This document shows positions 35,796-48,062 of a stretch of DNA of 64,000 nucleotides, one piece after another. The DNA is from Octopus sinensis (taxonomy: Eukaryota): the NCBI RefSeq assembly GCF_006345805.1, contig NC_043000.1:131192001-131256000 (forward strand), written 5' to 3'. Each line of letters begins with the position of its first letter. Positions within the stretch are counted from its first letter, which is position 1. The notes below the pieces were generated by a model. The model was not told where the DNA came from. It made no database searches and worked only from the letters and a program-made list of their open reading frames with translations. The translations under genes and the position numbers were made by a program.

Positions 35796-36119
35796 GGATA
35801 GTTTCCTATTGAATATAGCTAATTGGACAGTTCGCCAGGGGAAGAATTTGATAGAAAGGTGCTACATTCCAATATGTTAGCAGATACTTGGTAGCCTCAT
35901 ATATGTGTGTTTTTGCATCCAATGTATTTAAAAAGCCCTTACTTAAGTATATGTATAAGTAAATTTGCTTATCCATCAAAGCGAAGCAAACATCTATGGT
36001 TTTTTACTTATAAACTGGATAATACTGGGGAACTTGGATGCTGACATCCCTTTAAGAGGATTTTATATCTATGATTTAATTAAATTTAAACTACAGAAGT
36101 AGATTAATATAAGACTCCA

Positions 36120-36485
36120 CCAGTAAAATGGAGAAACTTGAGGGTGACATTTCTATGAAGGACATTTCAATTCCACCTAAAAAGGAGTACATTATGGATC
36201 TAATACATAAAACAGCTGAATTTATCCATAGACTCAGATGAGAAGCATTTTACTTTGACAAGAAAAACCCATAGATAACAAAACCAAAGAGACTCATTTA
36301 TTCTTTTTTACTTGTTTCAGTCATTTGACTGCGGCCATGCTGGAGCACAGCCTTTAGTCAAGGCAATCGACCTCAGGACTTATTCTTTGGAAGCCTAGTA
36401 CTTATTCTATCGGTCTCTTTTGCCGACCCGCTAAGTTACGGGGACGTAAACACACTGCCATCGGTTGTCAAGCGATGTTGGGGGA

Positions 36486-36543
<58 letters not shown>

Positions 36544-37420
36544 CACATATATATAAGACGGGCTTCTTTCAGTTTCCGTCTACCAAATCCACTCACAAGG
36601 CTTTGGTCGGCCCGGAGCTATAGTAGAAGACACTTGCCCAAAGTGCCACGCAATGGGATTGAACCCGGAACCATGTGGTTGGTAAGTAAGCTACTTACCA
36701 CACAGCTACTCCTGCGCCTAATAGACTGGTCAACTATTAGAAATTGTTAGGACTAAAAGATACCCACCATCAAATAGTCATCTTGCATGTTTTGAGGACG
36801 AATTGTGGAAAGTTATTAAAAATGTTGAATTAAGAAATATCCCCACAAAGGAAATGAGCACACGAGGAAGCTTAAATCTATGGTATCGGACCTTAAAAGT
36901 AAAAATGGGATAACCGTACATTCGGACAAGACTAGTAATTTGTATAAACTGGAAATAAATTACTATCATGAACTATTAAAAAAGGAAATTACTAAAAGTT
37001 ATAAAATAACCCAAAAAATTGTATTACGAACTACCAACTTAATATCCAGAAAGATAATGAAGAATTACAAATCGGATGACAGAACCGAACTTTTCGTTCC
37101 TAAAAGACCTAGATTTATTTAAAGGACCACAAATACAATTTTTATGGCAACCCTAAAGTAAGATCGATTTGCCCAGGGAAATTTGACTTGGGTAGACTAA
37201 GTAAGGCTATTTTAGATACGTATATACCGGTCGTTAAAAAAAATTTGGTCTGGTACCAACGAAGTAATAAATTGGTATAATGGTATTAAATACAAATTGA
37301 TATTGATAGTTATTACTCTTCTATTAACCAAGTAGTTTTAAACATTATTGATGAACATTAATTTTAGAATATCATTGGCAATATCATATAACACTGGAAG
37401 CAGAAACAGCTGTTAGATGG
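36120..37420 (+). mobile_element. Decayed Penelope-like element, ORF N-terminal/RT part, interrupted by a SINE at 36300-36720
   Basis: SMKDISIPPKKEY..LIHKTAEFIHRLR, SDKTSNLYKL, LKDHK..F..NPKVR motifs typical of PLE RTs. Confidence 0.72.
36298..36720 (-). mobile_element. SINE family A
   Basis: Full-length match, inserted in a PLE remnant. Confidence 0.9.
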
Positions 37421-37617
37421 GATGCAGTCTATTTGTATTGAATTAAAAAATAATGATTGATGTAAGTCAATTGTTGTTGAGCAATATTTCTCCATTTTCT
37501 ATTTACTTTATATATATACATTTCTGATATATGGACATATTGAACATATAATAATATACGATTATAGAAAAAAGAAACAAATGCTGTACTCATAGATTTA
37601 CAGAAATTTATTCTTTC

Positions 37618-37672
<55 letters not shown>

Positions 37673-37986
37673 CGTGATCGCATGTATGTGTGTGGTCATA
37701 ATCTCCGTCCTTTTCTTTATTATCGATTGGAGCCAACTCGCTGCTGTCTGTGAGCTGCTGTTCTGGAACAACCTCTGGGTTCAACAATGTTTGTTGATCG
37801 CTGATCTTTGTGTATCTGAAACGAAGTCAAATATTTACTTGTTAAAACAATTGGATTTCAATGAATAACTGTTCATAATTAAACAGTGTAACACTTTCCG
37901 TCTCTCACATCGTCCCTGTCCGTTTATCTGTCTATCTGTTTGTCTGTCCGTCTGTCCCTCTCTCCCCCTCCTACACATATATATGT

Positions 37987-38398
37987 ATATATATATATAT
38001 GTGCGTTTATGTGTGCGTGTATGTATGTATGCATATGTGTGTGTGTCCATATATATATGTATACATACAGTCATCTCGACATGTTAGACTGTTGAACTCT
38101 GCACAGTTTCTCTCTCTCCGTTTTTTTCATTTTCTCGCCATTTTTTTTTTTTATCTTAATCCTTTCTGTCGAAGAGCGTAGGCTTGAAACGTAAAAGCTT
38201 TTACGTTTCAAGCCTACGCTCTTCGACAGAAAGGATTAAGATAAAAAAAAAAAATGGCTAGAAAATGAAAAAAACGGAGAGAGAGAAACTGTGCAGAGTT
38301 CAACAGTCTAACATGTCGAGATGACTGTATGTATACATATATATATGGACACACACACATATGCATACATACATACACGCACACATAAACGCACATAT

Positions 38399-38408
<10 letters not shown>
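37987..38408. repeat. Zero-spacer palindrome (~210-bp arms) centred at 38197/38198
   Basis: Identical ORFs on both strands (37999-38181 +, 38214-38396 -); one substitution seen between the arms. Confidence 0.95.
38162..38197 (+). ncRNA. Minimal hammerhead variant (CTGTCGA core); mirror copy at 38198-38233 on -
   Basis: cttt-CTGTCGA-a-gagc[gtag]gctt-GAAA-cg-TA-aaag, immediately followed by its own reverse complement. Confidence 0.55.
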
Positions 38409-38453
<45 letters not shown>

Positions 38454-38869
38454 AAGTTGTAAGGAATTTGACTGAGGAGAGAAGGCCACAAATAGCCCGT
38501 CCTTGTTTTGTCCTGTCCGTCTTCGTATCGTCTATCTGTCCGGATGTATTATCGTCGTCTGTTACGTTCTTGTTCCATTTTTTGTGTATGTATAGATATA
38601 TTGATACCGATACAATGTACATTGGTTTAAATGTCTCTTGTTGTAGTTTTAGTAAGGTTAGAGTTTAATCCTGCCTTTAAATAATGTGGTTATTTAGCTT
38701 TGATTTTATATTACACTCCGGAAGAGTTAATAGAGTTGTCACTGTTTGAAAGTGTTTGAAAGTTGCGGTTTCTTTGATTTGTTTGTTCCCAAACAACACT
38801 TATTTTAGTGCTGTTGACACCACCAGATTGGATGGTACTGCCCAGATGTCGAAACCATAATGATATCCG

Positions 38870-39153
38870 ACCCCAGGACTTATTCTTTGTAAACCTAGTA
38901 CTAAGCTACGGGGACACAAACACACCAGCATCGGTTGTTGGGGGACAAACACAGACACACAAACATATACACACATGTACATATATATATACGATGGGCT
39001 TCTTTCAGTCTCCGTCTACCAAATCCACTTAAAGGATTTGGTCAGCCCGAGGCTATAGTAGAAGACACTTGCCCAAGCTGCCACGCAGTGGGACTGAACC
39101 CGGAACCATGTGGTTGGTAAGCAAGCTTCTTACCACACAGCCACTCCTACGCC
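38870..39153 (-). mobile_element. SINE family A, internally deleted
   Basis: Head intact, tail truncated. Confidence 0.85.
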
Positions 39154-39256
39154 TAGTAATAATATATGTACAGTAATAATATATTAAAATTACAATAACC
39201 TAAGACAGTTATAACTGCTTCTCCTAAAAAAGTATCAAAACTTCTGGAATGTATCT

Positions 39257-39790
39257 TGTACATATGTATGTATGCATGCATGTATGTATGTATGTATGTA
39301 TGTATGTATGTATGTATGTATGTATGTATGTATGTATGTATGTATGTATGTATGCATGCATGTATGTATGCATGCATGTATGTATGTATGCATGCATGTA
39401 TGTATGTATGTATGTATGTATGTATGTATGTATGTATGTATGTATGCATGCATGCATGCATGCATGTATGTATGTATGTATGTATGTATGTATGTATGTA
39501 TGTATGTATGTATGCATGCATGTATGTATGTATGTATGTATGTATGTATGTATGTATGTATGTATGAATGTATGTATGTATGCATGCATGTATGTATGTA
39601 TGCCTGTATGTATGTATGTATGTATGTATGTATGTATGCATGCATGTATGTATGTATGTATGTATGTATGTATGTATGTATGTATGAATGTATGTATGTA
39701 TGCATGCATGTATGTATGTATGAATGTATGTATGTATGTATGTATGTATGTATGTATGTATGTATGTATGTATGTATGTATGTATGCGTA
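39257..39790. repeat. (ATGT/ATGC)n microsatellite, ~530 bp
   Basis: Directly visible. Confidence 0.98.
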
Positions 39791-40041
39791 TCACGCGCGC
39801 GTGCTCTCCTTTCGGCATTGCATTTGATTGGCAAGTGACTTAATCTGAGCCCATTGAAGCTGTGAGTTAAAATAGAATCAATAACATTTGTAGAAAGAGC
39901 CATCTAAAAACACAAAAAATTGTTTTATTCTCCTCGCATATATTTCGGGGACACCCCGTGAAGTAAATTAAAAATAAACATAACGACTTTTGTGCTTTTA
40001 GTTGTTTAAAATGGCTCTTCCACGATGTAATTTCTTCATAT

Positions 40042-40463
40042 TTACTCTTTACTCTTTACTCTTTTACTTGTTTCAGTCATTTGACTGCGGCCATGCTGGA
40101 GCACCGCCTTTAGTCGATCAAATCGACCCCGGGACTTATTCTTTGTAAGCCCAGTACTTATTCTATCGGTCTCTTTTGCCGAACCCCTATGTAACGGGGA
40201 CATAAACACACCAGCATCGGTTGTCAAGCAATGCTAAGGGGACAAACACAGACACACAAACATACACACACACACATATATATATATATACATATATACG
40301 ACAGGCTTCTTTCAGTTTCCGTCTACCAAATCCACTCACAAGGCTTTGGTCGGCCAGAGGCTATAGCAGAAGACACTTGCCCAAGATGCCACGCAGTGGG
40401 ACTGAACCTGGAACCATGTGGTTGGTTAGCAAGCTACTTACCACACAGCCACTCTTGCGCCTA
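40042..40463 (-). mobile_element. SINE family A
   Basis: Full-length match. Confidence 0.9.
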
Positions 40464-40732
40464 TTCTTGATTTTAATCACAGTTTATTTACCCAGTCGTC
40501 TTTGAAGCCCCACCTTTTCTTGCCCTGGATTATAACCATCCACTTCAATGGGATGCTTTGTTCTTCGCTTTTGAGAGTGGTAACGCTGTATCGTCACGAA
40601 TATGAGAAGTTCACAATCTTGACGGTTTTTCCCGTGATGTGTGAAGTGAGAAGTCTTAGCATTACATTATTGTTGGCTAGCTCGTGTTACGTAATTTTTG
40701 GGCCAGTTCATTCACTTCTTTCTTAATAACTC

Positions 40733-40968
40733 GGATCTTTTCCTTTTGAAAGCCAGACGGAGCAAATAATTTCAACTCAATACAGAGAATACGATTGGTT
40801 AAAATTCGCAGATTTAAACTACGTTTAAACTTATAAAATACATTTTTGTCAAAAAAACTAGTTGAAATTATTGTTTTCTTTTGACTCATTCTACCAGTAT
40901 ACGAAGTTTCAAATTATTTAGTTAACTAGAAAAATCTGAAAAATCTGGCTTTCAAAAAGAAAAGATCC
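40733..40968. mobile_element. Related GGATCTTT MITE with 8-bp TSD (aataactc/aataagtc)
   Basis: TIRs ggatctttccttttgaaagccaga / tctggctttcaaaaagaaaagatcc; shares cattctaccagtatacgaagttt with 60780-61163. Confidence 0.8.
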
Positions 40969-41179
40969 AATAAGTCTAATAGAGTGAATTATCTGACGAA
41001 TTATTTCTACATCTTGTCATGATGTCCTTTGTCATCATCATCATCATCATCATCATCATCGTTTAACGTCCGTTTTCCATGCTAGCATGGGTTGGACTGT
41101 TCGACCGGGGTCTGGGAAGCCAGGAGACTGCACCAGGCTCCAGTCTGATCTAGCAGTGTTTCTACAGCTGGATGTCCTT

Positions 41180-41637
41180 CAGTGGAATTTGAACTCAGAA
41201 CGTAACGGCAGACGAAATACCTATTTCTTTACTACCCACAAGGGGCTAAACACAGAGAGGACAAACAAGGACAGACAAACGGATTAAGTCGATTATATCG
41301 ACCCCAGTGCGTAACTGGTACTTATTTAATCGACCCCGAAAGGATGAAAGGCAAAGTCGACCTCGGCAGAATTTGAACTCAGAACGTTGCGGCAGACGAA
41401 ATACCTATTTCTATTTCTTTATTACCCACAAGGGGCTAAACACAGAGAGGACAAACAAGGAAAGACAAACGGATTAAGTCGATTATATCGACCCCAGTGC
41501 GTAACTGGTACTTATTTAATCGACCCCGAAAGGATGCAAGGCAAAATCGACCTCGGCGGAATTTGAACTCAGAACGTAGCGGCAGACGAAATACCGCTAA
41601 GCATTTCACCCGTTGTGCTAATCTTTCTGCCCGCTCA
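41180..41637 (-). mobile_element. SINE family B tandem array (about 2.2 units)
   Basis: ~190-bp unit repeated with identical re-entry points. Confidence 0.88.
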
Positions 41638-41689
41638 CAGACTTATTTTCAATGTTAAATGTTATGTACAATATATTAATGATAATCTT

Positions 41690-42250
41690 CTACTCTGAGT
41701 ACTGCAACACGGATAATGTTTCATAGTAGGGGCTTTACGGATTTTCATTATTTTATAGCTTTTTTTATTTCTTCTTTTCCTACTTTTGCTTGAGAATCCA
41801 CTTTCTGATATTATTTCTAAGTTGTTTGGGAATTTAATGTTAAGATCTTGTTCGAAATAATCATTGCATTATTGAAATACCTCAGCTGTATTTATGTTAC
41901 CGCTTTTATTCATGATTGCACTGAACGCCTTTTTTCTGTCCTTTCCTTCCGTTTCACAGACAAACTTAAAAAGGTTAGACTATTATTTATGTTCTAGAAG
42001 TTCTGTTTTGTCTTATACGCTTTAGTTCTTTTGCATTTTTACCGCTTTGTCCAGTTCTTTGTATCGCTCGGCTTTGACAATGTCGTTCTCAGTTGTTCAA
42101 CATATACGTTCTATACAGCTCTTAGCCTTTGTTCCCAACATGTCTCTATTTCTGGTGGTAGACTCGTCAATTGTTTTCGAGTTTTCAAGCTGACATGTCT
42201 TCTGTTATTTTGTTAGTTATTATTACTTGGAAAGAAGTTTATATACAAAC
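41690..42250 (-). mobile_element. Old RTE-like LINE linker fragment
   Basis: Degenerate NKSG...DYFEQ and K..MKIRKAP motifs that precede RT domains. Confidence 0.45.
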
Positions 42251-42354
42251 TTTCTTGTCTATATATACTTCGCCTATATACACACACGAAGCACATGATA
42301 TATATACATGCATACATACATACGTGCATGCATCTATGTATGTATGTATGTATG

Positions 42355-42437
<83 letters not shown>

Positions 42438-42456
42438 TTATCTATCTATCTATCTA
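42355..42456. repeat. (TCTA)n microsatellite
   Basis: Directly visible. Confidence 0.98.
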
Positions 42457-42741
42457 CACACTCATATATATAGAGAGAAAGAGAGAAAAATAGGAAGAGA
42501 GAGAGAGAGAATGAGAGAAACTTTACTCTAGCCTGTTATCGTGACTGAATTTTTTTCAATAACAGAGAAATGGAAATCATATAAAATCCAACAGAATTAC
42601 CTATCAGACAAGCAAAGGACAGACTATAAAAATCCTATTATTTCAGTAATCTCTATTTGAACATACAAGGAGAAACAACGCCCTCTAGACGTTTTTTTTT
42701 TCCTTCTACGTTTATGTTCAAAATCTGTGTGTATGTGTTGG

Positions 42742-43131
42742 CGCAAGAGTAGCTGTGTGGTAAGGATGTTGCTTTTCAGCTACATGGTTTCGGGTTCAGT
42801 TCCACTGTGTGGCACCTTAGGCAGAGATGTCTTTTACTATAGCCCCGGTCTGACTAAAGCCTTGTGAGTGGATTTGTTTCACGGAAAGTGAAAAAAGCCC
42901 GTCGAGTGTATATATTTTCTTTTATTGCAGTCATTTGACTGCGGCCATGCTGGAGTACCACATTTAGTCAAACAAATCTACCCGATGACTTATTCTTTGT
43001 AAGCCTAGTACTTATTCTAACAGTCTATTTTGCCAAACAGTTAAGTTACGGGGACGTAAACACACCAGCATCGGTTGTCAAGGGATGTTGGGGGACAAAC
43101 AGACACACAAATACATACATACATACATACA

Positions 43132-43167
<36 letters not shown>

Positions 43168-43199
43168 TACATATATACATATATATATATATATATTAT

Positions 43200-43270
<71 letters not shown>

Positions 43271-43790
43271 GCTTCTTTCAGTTTCTGTCTACCAAATCCA
43301 TTTTCAAGGCTTTGGTCGGCCCGAGGATATAGTAGAATACACTTGTCTAAGGTGCCACACTGTGGAACTGTCGCCGAAACCATGTGGTTGGGAAGCAAGC
43401 TTCTTGCCACATAGCCACTTCTGTGCCTATATTCTTTTATTCTTTTATTTGTTTCAGTCATTTGACTGCGACCATGCAGGAGCACCACCTTTAGTCGAAC
43501 AAATCGACCTTAGGACTTATTCTTCGTAAGCCAAGTACTTATTCTATCGTTCTTCTTTGCCGAAACGGTTAAATTACAGGGACGTAAACACACCAACATC
43601 GACTGTCAAGTGATGGTGGACACACACACATATATGTATACGACGGGCTTCTTTCATGTTTCCATCTACCATATCTACTCACAAGGCTTTGGTCAGCCCA
43701 AGGCTATAGTAAAAGACACTTGCCTAATGTGCCATGCAGTGGGACTGAACTCGGAGCCATGTGATTGGGAAGCAACCACTCCTATCTAGG
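42742..43790. mobile_element. Cluster of three family A SINEs (42742-42905 +, 42925-43430 -, 43432-43790 -)
   Basis: Repeated head and tail matches. Confidence 0.85.
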
Positions 43791-43819
43791 ATATTTTTAT
43801 AAGATAGATGGAGCTTATA

Positions 43820-44245
43820 TCGTGATCGTTGCCAGAGCAGCTAACTGGCTTCCGTGCCGGTGGCATGTAAAAAGCACCATTCAAGCGTGATTGTTACCAG
43901 TATCGCCTTACTGGCACTTGTGCTGGTGACACGTGAAAAAACATTCGAGCGAGGTCGTTGCCAGTGCCGCTGGACGGGCTCCTGTGCAGGTGGCACGTAA
44001 AAAACACCATTTGAGCGTGGCCGTTGCCAGTACCGCCTGACTGGCCCTCGTGTTGGTGGCATGTAAAAGCATCCACTATACTCTCGTAGTGGTTGACGTT
44101 AGGTAGGGCATTCAGCTGTAGAAACTCTGCAAATCAAGATTGGAGCCTGGAGCAGCCATCTGGTTCGCTAGTCCTCAGTCAAATCATCCAACCCATGCTA
44201 GTATGGAAAGCAGATGTTAAACGATGATGATGATAATGATGATGA
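43820..44245 (+). mobile_element. Family C element with four ~65-bp tandem units
   Basis: Repeated gttgccagt...gtggcacgtaaaaa units followed by the common RTE tail. Confidence 0.88.
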
Positions 44246-44251
44246 TATATA

Positions 44252-44900
44252 TAGGGTGTGACAGGTAAATTATGACCATTTAAATATCTTTATCATTATT
44301 GGTATAACTTGAGAAAAGCAAACACTGCAAATTTTATGTTTATGCCAATTTATTGTGAGGTGTGTAGCATTTATTTCAGTTCAATTTGACTGCCATTTGC
44401 TTTCTTTACCAGTTCAATCCATTTCCGAAATGATGCGCATGCCTTAACTATTTCTTCCTTTTTCATTTTACTGAATGTTCGCTTGATCGAAACCTTTAGT
44501 GAAGACACACTGTTGTGAGAATTTGCATTAGACATTGCTTCAACTGTGCCGCTTAGGCAAAAATTACAGAAATTCAAATCCGGAGAGCGAGAAAGTCAGA
44601 TATATTTTGGGGCAAGCATGGGCAATTCCTTCTTCAAAAATTCTTGCACTCTTTTCGAAGAATGGGCGGCCACGGAGTCCTGTACGAACATGACTCGACT
44701 TGTATCATAATGATTCCTAATCCAAGGCAACAAAGCTTATTTTAAGATTTTGAGACACTCTGTTGTGTTGATTTTAAGACCCACTTCAATAAAATTGGGA
44801 GACATCAATTTTCCATCACTTTCAACAGCTCCAAAGACCATATCATTTTGCATACATGCACACAAACTTCAAAGGTACCACTTGCCGCTTCAAACTAACA
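44252..44900 (-). mobile_element. Decayed maT (DD37D) Tc1/mariner-superfamily transposon, 3' half with TIR
   Basis: MVFGAV.SDG, FVQDSVAAH, SPDLN; 37 residues from the second D to the position of the third (D>N decay); TIR-like agggtgtgacaggtaaatt. Confidence 0.75.
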
Positions 44901-44944
44901 AGGTCACTGGCTCTGACAATGTTAGTGTCTGTAACGCAGCTAGG

Positions 44945-45240
44945 ATGTTGTTGTTGTTGTTGTTGTTGTTAAGCAACAAGACGGGTAAGGGTGATTAGGT
45001 GATGATCTAGGGCTTAAGGGCGGAAGACCCCAGACCTTGGGAAAAAACATTTGGTCGTCTTGTTGTAGTCGAGGGCTCTTCGTTGACGCCCGACACCACT
45101 GGGAGGTGGCCCTCGAAGTCGCTGGAAATGGAGATCTCCAGGTCCAAATTCTTGAACGGCCAGCTAGGGTGGGGAAGGTGCAATCCACCCCGGACAGCGC
45201 TTTTTTGGTGCGGAACTTTTAGGTCCACTGTATAAGCATG
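44945..45240 (-). mobile_element. Unclassified non-LTR 3' end with (CAA)n tail
   Basis: GC-rich segment ending in CAA repeats; no diagnostic motif. Confidence 0.35.
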
Positions 45241-45814
45241 TATAGACTTGAGATTCCACAGGGAGATTCAAGGGCATCCACGGGCAGCGCACTATCTACC
45301 TACGTCACTGGTTAGGGTAGGTCAATAACCTCATATCGTAAAGGCATTGCTATTGTTTGGTTTGACGATCAAAGCTCCAAGCTATACATGGATAACAGGG
45401 TAAGTATTGAATGCCATATGCAATCTTCAATATTTAAACTGATTGGTTGAACCGAATAAATAAACTATCGAACACAGATAGATTGAGCAATCTCCCCTAA
45501 GGAAAGACAATAGATGTTGGTTGATCTTTTTCATCATTGATCGATGGTATTGCAAATAATAACTTAACCACCATCGCTGCGCTTTGGCTGATTCCAGATG
45601 CTAATGAAGAGTAACCGCACATATCTTCCTTATGGTCCCTCTCTTTGTAGGTGTTTACTCCTATGGAGAGCTTTTTTTTTTAAACGCTCAATAAATTATA
45701 GTACAAAGCATCGGGGGTTTCTTATGTCAGTGAGCATGGTGTATACTGGTCGAATCTCACATTCTTGTCGTTCAGATTGAACTCGGAACCATGTGATTGG
45801 GAAGCAAGCTTCTT

Positions 45815-46033
45815 ATTTCTTTATTGCCCACAAGGGGCTAAACACAGAGGGGACAAACAAGGACAGACAAAGGGATTAGGTCGATTACATCGACTCCAGT
45901 GCATAACTGGTACTTAATTTATCGGCCCCAAAAGGTTGAAAGGCAAAGTCGACCTCGGCAGAATTTGAACTCAGAACGTAATGGCAGCCGAAATACTGCT
46001 AAGCATTTCGCCCGGCGTGCTAACGTTTCTGCC
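45815..46033 (-). mobile_element. SINE family B inserted in a family A head
   Basis: TSD agcttctt. Confidence 0.88.
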
Positions 46034-47597
46034 AGCTTCTTACCACACAGCCATGCCAGCGCTGACAATAAAATCTATCCTTCACTTTTTTATTGCCCAC
46101 TAGATATATGTCTAGCACGAAATTTATAGTTATAATGAGCAAAATAATGAAGTTCAATGATATACCGTGATTTAAAGTTCACGGGTATAAAGAAAAAGAG
46201 AAAATGAGTAATGCTGACATCCACACCTAAGTCCAAATAAAAGCCATAAAAAATGAAAGGGCGACATTACGTCGAATCTAAGCACAACAAGTATTTTAGT
46301 GTGTTATCGTTTGCATTTAATGTGTCAGGCATTTCTTTCTGTGGGTGTGAAAGCTCGATACATTTAGAAGCAAAACCATTACAATTGTCAATACGTACGC
46401 AGGATTCACGGTATTTCGGATTTGCTTAATAAGGAAAACACAATGAAGCATTATTCCTCGCAAGCATTTTATAGTTAGCTAGGGTGTATAAGTTCTATAA
46501 ATAGGTGTTGTTACAATGATGGCATGAAATACGTGACACGAATTAGTGTAAATCTGATTACAGGCAACATGTAACGCTTTTATTGTTCCTATATAGCGTG
46601 GTAAGTTGGTAGAAATGTTAGAACAACTTGCCAGTTTTTAGCTACTGCCTTTTGTACTCAGAATTCAAATCTTGTCGAGGTCATCTTTGATTTTTATTTT
46701 TCTGATGTCGATTTAATTGATTATTGTGTCTTCCCGTATTACTACTAAACATTTTGGGTGTGGTGACACAAAGAACAGTAGAAGAGACGAGGTACAAACA
46801 GGTGTGTTAATATGAAATTGTGCACACGGGAAATAGCAATAAAATAAGTTCGAAAAAATGTCCTGAATAGAAGGGACAGCCACCTGGGGCCAATTAAGGA
46901 ATCTCCTAATTCAAAGACCACCTTGAATACTAAAGGAAAGGATCTTCTCTCAGCCATCATTCTCTGGCCTAGAGTACGTCCAATTTTAGGGAAAAGATAA
47001 TTCTGTAAAGTCATTGGATATTCCAAGGTAAGGAAGCATCTTTCACAGGTGAGAGGGTAGTCTTACAAGAGTTGCGGTGCTGAGTGAATGTTGCACAATT
47101 TTCGGGGAAGGTTAACTTTTTTCCAGGCATTGTACGTCCTAATTTTTTTGTCACTTCAGTTATTATCCTAACTATAATGAATATATGTGTGAGACTATGT
47201 GTTTGTTTGGTCATCTAAATGTATCTTTTTGTAGTGGTGGTTTATGTCACACTCCAACCTCAAAACATGTCAGTATAATTTCATCTCCCACATCAACCTA
47301 AGCGACATATCTGTTCCAACGAAATAAATGAGAGCCTTTGATGTTTCTCCACATAAAACTAAAGATTTACCACCAGTGGGTTTTTTACGTATTGGATTTT
47401 CCGTAGGTATTCACTTGTACATAAATATAACAATACAGAGCTGTATTGTGAAGCATTTGTTTAACTCTGTCTGTCTGTATGTATCTCTCTTCTATTTTTT
47501 AATAATCATATATCTTCCACAGAGGATGGAGCCAGTTTCCAACAAAGATACAAGGCCCCCATCTTTGGGATGTAGTTAACACAAACAAATTCACATG

Positions 47598-47895
47598 TGG
47601 AGGCACATGGCCTAGTGGTTAGAGCAGCAGACTCGCGGTCGAGGAATCACGGGTTCGAATCTCAGACCAGGCGATGTGTGTGTTTATGAGTGAAACACCT
47701 AAGCTCCACGTGGCTCCGGCAGAAAGTAATGGCGAACTTCTGCTGACTCTTTAGCCACAACTTTCTCTCACTCTTTCCTCCTGCATCTTGAAGCTCACCT
47801 GAGATGGACCGGAGTCCCGTCCAGGTGAGGAACCTACATGTCAAGGAAACCGGGAAACCGGACCTATGAGCCAGGCGTGGCTCGAGAAGGAACAA
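47598..47895 (+). mobile_element. SINE family D
   Basis: Full-length match to 28624-28925. Confidence 0.88.
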
Positions 47896-48023
47896 ACAAA
47901 ATGTGTGCATATATATGTCTGTATGTACATTACTTGTGAAACAGCGATTTAAAACAAGTCATGTCCCTTCTAATGTCATGCTAATAAGGAAAACTTTACG
48001 CAGTCATTTGACATCACAACGTA

Positions 48024-48059
<36 letters not shown>

Positions 48060-48062
<3 letters not shown>

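Noticed and set aside
38470-38505. CTGAGGA motif at the start of a pLTR-like pyrimidine-rich segment
   Set aside because: GAAA and the stems are too degenerate to call.
39153-39903. Long ORFs (up to 222 aa) of HTYI/MYVC repeats; similar ones at 17765-18330, 34291-34731 and 43075-43488
   Set aside because: Translations of microsatellites.
43820-44075. Regularly spaced ~65-bp repeats as a CRISPR-like array
   Set aside because: Eukaryotic context, no unique spacers, and the repeats are part of an RTE-derived UTR.
45386-45403. 15/18 match to the I-SceI recognition site
   Set aside because: No homing-endonuclease context; chance match overlapping a splice-donor-like motif.
46745-47026. 93-aa ORF on the - strand as the CCDC33 last exon
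   Set aside because: A phase-0 acceptor exists, but the peptide is hydrophobic and unlike the expected low-complexity CCDC33 tail; unsupported without RNA data.
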